From: Chthoniobacteraceae bacterium | Lineage (GTDB): Bacteria; Verrucomicrobiota; Verrucomicrobiia; Chthoniobacterales; Chthoniobacteraceae | Assembly: GCA_031409655.1 (NCBI GenBank) | Contig: JANNXQ010000017.1 | Span: forward strand, 1-21,070 | Direction: 5' to 3' | DNA: 21,070 nt | Part shown: piece after piece, positions 16,401 through 21,070 of the stretch | Layout of the letters: each line of letters starts with the position of its first letter | Position numbering within the stretch: position 1 is the stretch's first letter | Translations under genes and position numbers: made by a program | The notes under the pieces: model-generated | What the model was told of the DNA's origin: nothing | Seen by the model: the letters and a program-made list of their open reading frames with translations, nothing else | Databases searched by the model: none

Positions 16401-17574
16401 GCTCGTCACCGATCAATTCCCCGCCGATGCGCTCGAATTCCTGAGCGCCTCCAATGGCGGGGTCTTCAACGCCGCGACCGGCACGATCACCTGGAACCTC
16501 GGCCAGCTCGCCAGCGCCGGTGGGAGTGTCACCCTCACCATCGACGCTCGCGTCCGCACCCCCGCGCCGGCGCTCGTCGAGCGGATCGTCAACACCGTCA
16601 CGGCGATCGACACCCAAAACCCCGGCTCCGATCCCTCGCCCGAGAATAACACCGCGACCGACCGCGACGACCTCCCTGCGGCGCCCGATCTCTACATCGT
16701 AAAGACGACGAACCTCGCCACTGCGAAAGCCGGAAAGACGATCACTTACACCCTCAATGGCGGGAATTCGGGCGACCAATCCGCCGCGCGGGTGATCGTC
16801 TCCGATCCGCTGGCGCCGGGTCTGCGTTTCGTCTCGGCGACGCTCGGCGGGCGGCTCGTGGGCAACGCGGTGCAGTGGGATCTCGGCACGTTGGCCCCGG
16901 GCGAGACCTTCACGCTCAGTGTGACGGTCGTCGTCGAGCAGACGGTGGCGGGGAACTTCGTGAACACCGCGACCATCACCGACGCGAGCCAAGGCTTCGA
17001 AGATCCGACGCCGCAGAACAACACCTCCAGCGTCCCCGGTCAGATTGTGGCTTCGCAGACGTTCGCGTTCGATGGGTTCAATAACTTCGCTCGGAACAAT
17101 CTCGATCGCGCGCTCGACTGGCGCGTGCGCAGTCCCGAAGTGCTCGCCGACGCCATCCTCCCGCTGCAACCCATCTACAGTGGCGAAGCCGACCCCGGCT
17201 CCACCCTGGTGATCGAGCTGTATAATTCCCGCGGCGTGAACATCGGCTCGCAGACCGTCGTCACCGACACCGGCGGCAACTGGCTCGCCACCTTCCCGAG
17301 CACGATCCTGAAGGACGCGCCGAACACCGCGCGCATCACGCAGATCGCGGCGAGTTACAGCCTCAGCGATCCGTGGGGGCACAACCTCCGCACTTACTTC
17401 ACGCCCGCGATCAATAACGGCCACTTCTTCCTCGATCAGCGCGGCGGCGGCGACCTCACGGGCGAAGCCGCGCCGCTCCTCGGCGGCCTTGGGCTCGAGC
17501 AGCCGCTGCAGCTCGGCGCGGTGAAATATGGTGGTGAGTTCCTGACCAGCCAGTCCACCGCGAGCGGACGGTAA
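7483..17574 (+). CDS. Giant extracellular adhesin-like protein (~3363 aa): LEPR-XLL/planctomycete-type leader, ~12 isopeptide (D2-type/DUF11-like) Ig modules, 5 SdrD-B-like modules, 2 DUF11-like modules, C-terminal Ig-like tail
   Basis: Single 10-kb ORF, Thr/Ala/Gly/Asn/Asp/Val rich. Start MRRNPDNRHRRRPLLLETIEDRTLCSA chosen because the ORF-track start 7342 overlaps tolC. Repeating 'K..GD/GE.V.Y...D.LP...NTA' modules (~8100-14590), 'SxxGxV[FY]xDxDxDG' modules (~14590-16290) and 'DLxxxK..G..ITYT' modules (~16290-17040). Confidence 0.92.
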   Translation: MRRNPDNRHRRRPLLLETIEDRTLCSAVPAVAISAPPQPLVGEQIQLSVAFDNAHPTDSGFGPYVDVVLPATGADGDGAQTDDGISFVNGSATYLGAAVTTTVLTFDGAGNAAHPYARDASGAAVVVTGTPGNQLVVFQLPFGSFAPTQPAATINFSANVSNLADVGTGLNLQARGGFQYGDDALDNPASDPSLVGAYASSTVTPQLFTLTKTFLGLEDETATGPNFLRQYRITVDVAAGQTLTNLDLTDALPGTLQYVSTDATTIRGTPTGTTAVSTPGTSTPGGTLTRRFASVTGTTATNDAELLFTYFVPRIDSGSGVIVNATSGNAVTIGNNARTSGTWVPLDGRDTGGVVSIDPAGPEHTLTAKSIATQKSVAIVTDTGAVGATPGDTLEYTVQVQVSDYFAFQNLVLTDLISDGQHWDSTFTPTMSWNEHGTFAAVGLNATNYTVAQNFTGAVASGNLTIDPAANDGTTTVSFRVSDEMVTRGQDGKLLGGGIPNGGTGVGALPNNPPLPFGPTTMTVRFRTVIQDSFNDTFASGEAPLNPRDVLADAVTINGDLLQVNNVTTTTGQSEADTSAASIAIVNTAVSKSIYAINGSTNLAPFTGPAGQLLVSPADTVTYRLQFAVPTGDVENLTLNDYLPLPVFDATQVTAFQDTISAAPPAAGFGKFGPNETLRALTGVPPTITTNATNNLVTFNHGTADDPANTPRIIDLLFTVTVSNQPFTDGLFLTNQVQVSENNTQQPAVAAVSDAIVQIQLQEPAVFIAKGVVGYNTTGLTLGGIAFSAASAASSFTGTVSNATQAAAIGASNLAGNLVDAGDEVRYAIVVQNTGRNDAFDVNLTDGVVAGYTIPGSLAAANLVVRRGDGTLLTSGTDYTASINGGGVLSLTLTDNYTSGNTSGDTDSGALSRGQNANTGLAITNGSNTVVITYDLTLAASTTQTRSTLTNTATLTNYAGAEGGVDFTTTDLTDTATVQLASPTVAKALTATEVTTGNNSNTQATIGELVTYTLTITAPEGTTPSATLVDTMAAGLAFVDVVSVTNSAGLTTANTIGTGTAPTNVTIAGSGRTLTFNFGNITNADSSNGAAETITIVYRTVVLDALANQAAVTLTNSAVFSAQFTNQPGGSPQSYSLAAVAAANVTIIEPALAVAKTVSSTLGGAYAATLTNRDAGDSVFYRIRITNAAAQPTAFDIFLTDTLPATLSGATIASVTTSGFGATPVPVAGDFQISGGIVGINPAGPRAGDIDIPAGATLDVFVGGTLSSTAQPAQSIANTATIRWTSMDGSVGTRSTFNAAATERSGGSLTPATNTNASTNNAILDNYAATSASGAVTIVSPTPTKTIDATSESGTGNVAGVERVAIGEIVRYRLSWRIPEGTSNNLRFTDALPTGMTFLNDGTATLAFVSTGGTISSSIAAIGTGGSVIGDETTVAGINPQFVIPGAQITGGPFVSGTDPVFNLGNVVNNDNDANQEFAVIEFNANVRNQTSAQRFDNVSGADTGAVNLSNTVTVATTTSSVASAAVVARITEPAITNVTKTISPGPYDAGDFVTYTVTFSNVNSVDAAPAYDVALTDLVPAYFDTVTFGSITATGTASGLSGSAVGNTITASVASLNPGATITVTFTARFIGNAPAGQQVTNTASLTYSSLPGSGAALNDGVAATTDSTPAAAGTATGERNGSSGTGADAGFLNNYADIGSVTITAANPTFDKTFQGGSLTADDTSVAGSSGATVVPGEQVTYDILIALPEGLTQALSVIDAVPAGLRIDGLQILTTTASAPQLTADFNGSFATTPTLGAAFTGPGNLTLNFGDTTVASDNDGTNNSFVIRLTGTVQNIAGNTVGVSRTNTATVRFTDPNTGLPAIFADTNPANDPVVTVAEPALTIGKSVNSVTVDAGDPLSYTITLGNASGQIAYDATLNDLLPAFLSGATITSVTKSGAGTIFVNGVATDPVANTDVVISSGTLQFAGGSNIDLGAGTTLQIVVSGTVASTVTPNLTVNNTAATTWTSTDGANADERDGSGGAINTYSASSSIPFTVPVASITKALFSTSDVVTTGTDIAIGETATYVLTVTLPEGTAPNLIVTDALPAGLQYVSASIDPSGFAGTVPAPTISGGAGNGDDVTFTFGSIATTGDNNASNNSFVIFVTARALDGLGNIGTTPGQTSLANSASLDITGDGVSPATTPNVTATVVEPRLQITKAVSDNTPDIGQTLNYTLTVAHTASSTATANDVLVRDLLPAGLALDTASIRINGVLIGASPLVAANASTSSALDFRLTSVALASTVTITYDAAVTNSVATSGSVLDNRAKIYWDSLAGYDGNNSTLTGTPDGSEERDFGATPGYDEAPTPGVNDPAQDSERVTVNTNTISGFVYRDDDSSGTRSGGDTAISGVTLTLTGTSTLGLPINTSVMSAVDGSYSFTGLPPGTYLITETQPAGYVDGLETAGNVAGTFGGTVSPAPGTETISAITIPAQSNTTEPNYNFGETLISSLAGSVFVDGDNDGVRDFGEAALAGIPVVLTGTDIYGQAVTLNATTAADGRYSFAGLRPGNYTLTEDDSSVVPGTYLDGRDLPGSAGGALGGGSPKHDVLTVSLPQGTAGVDYNFGEVLPSSLAGSVFLDADGNGVRGGAETGLPNVTVALTGTDDRGNAVSLSTLTNATGAFNFTDLRPGSYTLTETQPAAYADGTDAPGTLSGALADDVISAIPVTPGVAGTGYTFGELPAGIFGTVFIDRDADGVIDTADTARLGGVAITLLDSGGGIVGSTLTAADGTYFFDGLAADTYTVVQSQPTGYGSSTANSVSIVLPGGGTASADFGETTGSLAGVVYLDRSNDGVIDGGETPTSGTTVTLTGTDATGATITRSTLTLADGSYAFGDLLAGTYQIVETQPSGYSDGRETVGTGGGDATVNDRFTAIALAAGARESGYLFGERLPTDLVTTKTDGLNAARPGQVITYTITVSNVSLQEVEGLLVTDQFPADALEFLSASNGGVFNAATGTITWNLGQLASAGGSVTLTIDARVRTPAPALVERIVNTVTAIDTQNPGSDPSPENNTATDRDDLPAAPDLYIVKTTNLATAKAGKTITYTLNGGNSGDQSAARVIVSDPLAPGLRFVSATLGGRLVGNAVQWDLGTLAPGETFTLSVTVVVEQTVAGNFVNTATITDASQGFEDPTPQNNTSSVPGQIVASQTFAFDGFNNFARNNLDRALDWRVRSPEVLADAILPLQPIYSGEADPGSTLVIELYNSRGVNIGSQTVVTDTGGNWLATFPSTILKDAPNTARITQIAASYSLSDPWGHNLRTYFTPAINNGHFFLDQRGGGDLTGEAAPLLGGLGLEQPLQLGAVKYGGEFLTSQSTASGR

Positions 17575-17576
17575 GG

Positions 17577-17815
17577 AGCGCGGTCGCGGAGGTTCGGGTG
17601 CCATACGCGTCCCGCGTGTTGGTCGCGGCGTCCCGCCGCGACGCACTTTGTGAACCGAGCGCTTCAGCAAGAGCTCCGCACCGGGAAGACTCGCCAGCGG
17701 GTTTTGCAGGCGCGGAGGTCTTTCCAAAACGCCTTTGCAGGGAAGTTCGTCGCGGCGGGACGCCGCGACCAACACGCGAGACGCGCATGGTACCCGGAAC
17801 TCCGCGATTCGCGCT
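17577..17815. repeat. REPIN/MITE-like inverted-repeat element, copy 2 (72/73-nt arms, 94-nt spacer)
   Basis: Arm 17577-17648 versus the reverse complement of 17743-17815 shows 8 differences in 73 columns. It shares the core cgcgtcycgcgtgttggtcgcggcgtcycgccgcgacgmactt with copy 1 and begins 2 nt after the giant gene stop. Confidence 0.9.
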
Positions 17816-17855
17816 TTCTCGACAAAGGAGCGCGGTCTTTTCAGTATCTCGCCTC

Positions 17856-19220
17856 GTGCCCAGTACCGACACGCCTGCCACCTCGCCTCCGCGCACCCTC
17901 GCCACGACTGCGCCCTCCGCGCTGGCCGAGCAGGGCGCACCACTGCTCAGCGCGGGGGCGCATGAATTTCTCGGACGCGCGCCGCATTGGATGGTGCGCT
18001 CGGGGCTGTCGCTGCTCGCCGCGATGCTCGTGCTGCTGCTCGTGCTCGGGATCATCATCAAGTATCCCGACACGATCGCCGGGCGCGTGACCATCACGGG
18101 CACGCAGCCTGTCGGCGAAGTGGTGGCGCGGCAGAGCGGGCGGCTGGCGCAATTGCGCGTGAAGGAAGGGCAGCAGGTGGCGCGGGGCGACATCCTCGCG
18201 ATCGTCGAGAGCCCGACGCAGGCCGATCTCGTCGCGCGACTCGCGGGCAAGCTGGCGCTGCTCGAGCCGGCCACGCTCGGCGGGGCGCGGATGCTGGACG
18301 AATCCTTCAAGCCCGAGGATGGGCTTGGCAAATTGCAGAATGCGTATGCCGCTTTCCTCAACTCGTACAATCAGCTCCGCAGCCTGATCGCGGACGAGTA
18401 TGCGGAGAAGGCCGGCGCGCTTTTGAAGCAGCAGCTCGAGGGGAAGCGCGCGCAGATCGGGTCGCTGCGCGGGCAGACGGAGCTCAGCAAGCGCGAGGTG
18501 GCGCTGGCGCGGGAGAAATACGGACGCAACAAGGAACTCTTCGATCGCAATCTGCTCAGCGCCTCGCAACTCCAGGATGAGGAGATCGTCTTCCTCGGCC
18601 AGCAGCGCGCGGAGACTTCCACGCTGCGCGCACTCACCGAGTCGGAGATCGAGGCGGCCGAGGTGGAAAAGGAAATCCGCGATCTCGAACACGAACGCAC
18701 CGAAGCGCTGCGGCTCGCCCAGCAAGAGCTGCGGACGAACTTCAATCGGCTGCGCGGCGAGATCGATGTGTGGGATGCGGACTACGTGCTGCGCGCACCG
18801 GCCGAAGGCGTGGTCGCGTTCTACGATTTCTGGAGCGATCAACAGTTCGTCACCGCGGGGCGGCAGGTTTTCCTCGTCGTGCCGGAGACCACGCAACTCA
18901 TCGGCCGGATGCCGGTGAAGCAGGGCGGCGGGGGGAAGATTCGTCCGGGGCAGACGGTGCGCTTGCGGCTCGATGATTTCCCGTACAAGGAATTCGGAGT
19001 GGTGACGGGCCGCGTGCAGAGCGTCTCGATGGTCGCGCGCGACGGGGCGAATCTCGTGCTCCTCGACCTGCCGCATCCGCTGGTCACGAGCTTCCATCGC
19101 GAGATCGAATTCCGGCAGGAGATGACCGGGCAGGCGAGCATCGTCACGGAGGACATCCGGCTCATCGGGCGCGTGCTGTATGAAGTGCGGCGCGCTTTTG
19201 TGAACAACACGCCGCCGTGA
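17856..19220 (+). CDS. HlyD-family secretion protein (long coiled-coil T1SS/peptide-export adaptor, ~454 aa)
   Basis: GTG 17856 chosen because upstream in-frame starts fall within the repeat; start is uncertain. Short cytoplasmic N-terminus, one TM 'GLSLLAAMLVLLLVLGIII', then 'KYPDTIAGRVTI', 'LRVKEGQQVARGDILAIVE', a long coiled coil, 'LRAPAEGVV', 'GQTVRLRLDDFPYKEFGVVTGRVQSVS'. Confidence 0.88.
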   Translation: MPSTDTPATSPPRTLATTAPSALAEQGAPLLSAGAHEFLGRAPHWMVRSGLSLLAAMLVLLLVLGIIIKYPDTIAGRVTITGTQPVGEVVARQSGRLAQLRVKEGQQVARGDILAIVESPTQADLVARLAGKLALLEPATLGGARMLDESFKPEDGLGKLQNAYAAFLNSYNQLRSLIADEYAEKAGALLKQQLEGKRAQIGSLRGQTELSKREVALAREKYGRNKELFDRNLLSASQLQDEEIVFLGQQRAETSTLRALTESEIEAAEVEKEIRDLEHERTEALRLAQQELRTNFNRLRGEIDVWDADYVLRAPAEGVVAFYDFWSDQQFVTAGRQVFLVVPETTQLIGRMPVKQGGGGKIRPGQTVRLRLDDFPYKEFGVVTGRVQSVSMVARDGANLVLLDLPHPLVTSFHREIEFRQEMTGQASIVTEDIRLIGRVLYEVRRAFVNNTPP

Positions 19221-19254
19221 AGGAGAGCGAGTGGGCCGCCAGGCCGCCGCCGCT

Positions 19255-20163
19255 CTACGGAGCCCCAGTGAGCGCGCTCTGGGCGGCGGAGCTGACGATC
19301 GCGGAGGGATCGGTGCTGAGTTGCGCGAGCACCGCGCGGGTCTCTTCGTCGCGGAAATTGGCGAGCGCCTGCGCGGCGGCGGCGCGGGCGGTTTCCGTGG
19401 CGGCGTCTTTGTTGCCCAGCGCGGCGTAGCGCAGCGCGGCGAGCGCAGCGGGCTGGTCGATGCGCGCGATCACCGTCCGGAGTCGCGCGGTGTCGTCCGG
19501 GTCGGCCGCTTGCAATCTTCCGAGCAGGCAACTCAAAGCGTCGGGCGTGCCAATGGTCCCGAGCGCTTCGGTCGCGGCGACCGTCAGTTGGGGTGGCGCA
19601 TCCGGGCTCTCGGCGAGCGCGATGAGGGCCAGTGCCGCGTCGGGATTGGTGATGTTGCGGAGCACTTTGGCGAGCCGGTAGCGGTCGTCGGCCCGGAAGG
19701 CTGCGGAGAAGCGGCGCTGCACTTCTCCGATGGTCTCCGCGGTCGCCATCGGCCCCAGGGCTTCGAGCGCGGCGCGCAAAAGAGCGCGGTCGGTGGTGAT
19801 GGTGACCCAATCGAGCAGCAAGGGAATGGTGGCGAAGTCACGAAGGGCACCGATCTCCTGCGTGAGTTGCACTTTCTCCGGCCCATCGGCCAGCGCCGCC
19901 AGCCTCCGCAGCGTCGTCTCCAAGGCCGCGAGCGCGCCGGTCCGCGGGTCGGGCTCGATGCCGGAGCCGAGGGTCACGCGGTCGGCCGTCGCCGCGTAGG
20001 GCAGAGTGGGTTCGGGCGCCGCCGGAGTCTCGGCAGGCGCGGGCTGAGCGGCGGCCGATTCCACGGGTGCGGGACTCTGCCGGACGTAGAGGAAGGCCAC
20101 GATCGCGGAGCCGGCGAAGAGCGCCGCCTGCACCGTGAGGAATCGGCGAAAGGAAAGACGCAT
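19255..20163 (-). CDS. HEAT/PBS-lyase-like repeat protein with N-terminal membrane anchor (302 aa)
   Basis: Basic N-terminus plus hydrophobic segment (AALFAGSAIVAFLYV), a Pro/Ala linker, then helical repeats 'LRAALEALGPM', 'AATEALGTIGTPDALSCL', 'RAAAAQALANFRD', 'DPSAIVSSAAQSAL'. Starts 6 nt after the upstream gene's stop. Confidence 0.75.
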   Translation of the reverse strand: MRLSFRRFLTVQAALFAGSAIVAFLYVRQSPAPVESAAAQPAPAETPAAPEPTLPYAATADRVTLGSGIEPDPRTGALAALETTLRRLAALADGPEKVQLTQEIGALRDFATIPLLLDWVTITTDRALLRAALEALGPMATAETIGEVQRRFSAAFRADDRYRLAKVLRNITNPDAALALIALAESPDAPPQLTVAATEALGTIGTPDALSCLLGRLQAADPDDTARLRTVIARIDQPAALAALRYAALGNKDAATETARAAAAQALANFRDEETRAVLAQLSTDPSAIVSSAAQSALTGAP

Positions 20164-20169
20164 GACCGA

Positions 20170-21069
20170 TCAGGGCAGCACGCGCGAACTGACCGCGCCA
20201 TTACTGCTGGAGATGGTGACTTCGGCGCGGCCAGTGTTGTTCGATTCGCTGGCTTCATCGATGCGATTGAGCGTATCGAGGCGGATCTCCAGGACATAAG
20301 TGCCGGCGGCGACGCCGGTGATGTCGATCCACTGACCGGGGAGGTTCTTCGAGTAGATGTCCGACCAACCGGCCTGGATGCCCTGGTAGTCGCAGTCATA
20401 AACGGCGCGGGAGTTGGCACTCGGATTCCAGCGCGAGACATCTTCCAGGCAGAAGCCGACCTTTTGTCCCAGAGCCACCTGCTGCCCCGAGGAGTTGAGC
20501 AGCTTGTATTCGGCGAAGCCATTGAAGTGGTAGTGGCCGTGGCAGGGCGCGTAGGTGAAGAGCGGATTGCCAGCCGGGCTGCGCAGCACGAGGTCCGCGG
20601 TGCCGACATTGCGCGTCTCTGTGGTGAAACGGAGCAGCCGGCGAGTGCCCGAGGTGACCAATCCCTCCGTGACGTCGCAGGCTCCGCCGCTGAAGGTCTC
20701 GGTGCTCGTGGAGGCATTCAGGGAGGTGAGAATCGGGACCAGGTCGGGTTTGGCGGTCGTCGAGTAAGTGGCCTTGAGGGTGACATTGCTGTAGGCGGCG
20801 TAGCCATAGAGCATGAGGTACCAATCCCCGGCCGCCGGACTGTTGACCGTGACGCTTTCGTTGCTGTTACTCAGATAGGGGCGGTAATCGTAGAGGGAGA
20901 GCGTCGGTTGTGATCCGCGGCGGACGTAGAGATCGCAGTCGCCGCTGCCCTGAATCGTGATCGCCAGTGAAGTCTGCCCGACGGGCACGCTGATCCGGTA
21001 ATGAGTCTGGCTGCTTTTCGCACCGGAGAGTCCCGCTTTCGGGCTGCCATTTTGCAGTTCGGTGATTCC
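20170..21069 (-). CDS. Lysyl oxidase family protein with a preceding PPC (bacterial pre-peptidase C-terminal) domain; 5' truncated by window edge
   Basis: Frame is open to the window end (GITELQNGSPKAGLSGAKSSQTHYRISVP...). PPC signature 'GSGDCDLYVRRGSQPT..YDYRPY...NESVTVNSPAAGDWY'. LOX signatures 'RRLLRF....NVGTADL', 'CHGHYH' (20527-20544), 'KVGFCLED', 'QGIQAGWSDIY....PGQWIDITGV..GTYVL'. Confidence 0.9.
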   Translation of the reverse strand, partial: GITELQNGSPKAGLSGAKSSQTHYRISVPVGQTSLAITIQGSGDCDLYVRRGSQPTLSLYDYRPYLSNSNESVTVNSPAAGDWYLMLYGYAAYSNVTLKATYSTTAKPDLVPILTSLNASTSTETFSGGACDVTEGLVTSGTRRLLRFTTETRNVGTADLVLRSPAGNPLFTYAPCHGHYHFNGFAEYKLLNSSGQQVALGQKVGFCLEDVSRWNPSANSRAVYDCDYQGIQAGWSDIYSKNLPGQWIDITGVAAGTYVLEIRLDTLNRIDEASESNNTGRAEVTISSSNGAVSSRVLP

Positions 21070-21070
21070 G

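Noticed and set aside
17819..17847. Sigma-70-like TCGACA-N17-CAGTAT and AAGGAG upstream of the hlyD gene
   Set aside because: The -10 match is weak, and AAGGAG is ~25 nt from the nearest plausible start and part of the direct repeat.
19224..19256. Hairpin between the convergent hlyD and HEAT genes (agagcg...cgctct)
   Set aside because: The stem is bulged with no U-tract on either strand, which is insufficient to call a terminator.
7483..21069. Giant protein as the substrate of the neighbouring lysyl oxidase
   Set aside because: The genes are in separate transcription units, and the giant protein has very few lysines, most predicted to be buried in isopeptide bonds. Proximity is the only support.

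Overview
GC-rich bacterial window; gene content and repeat style suggest a PVC-superphylum organism such as Verrucomicrobia (inference). Most of it (1-17574) is a non-canonical protein-export locus with no ABC transporter and no SecY/E/G in view. It encodes a periplasmic adaptor (5' truncated), a PqqD-like/M50 zinc metalloprotease/HlyD fusion, a second adaptor, a C-terminally truncated SecA paralogue, a TolC-family outer-membrane factor and a divergent ~3360-aa surface protein. The giant protein has an LEPR-XLL-like N-terminal leader, about 14 Lys/Asp/Asn isopeptide-type Ig modules and 5 SdrD-B-like modules. Two back-to-back sigma-54-type promoter motifs sit between tolC and the giant gene. 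Downstream are an orphan HlyD adaptor and, convergently, a HEAT-repeat membrane protein and a PPC-domain lysyl-oxidase-family protein (5' truncated). Two REPIN-like inverted-repeat elements with exactly 94-nt, oppositely oriented homologous spacers are present. A heptamer-based inverted repeat lies in-frame inside one adaptor gene and appears to supply its signal peptide. All family calls are by motif recognition, not database search.
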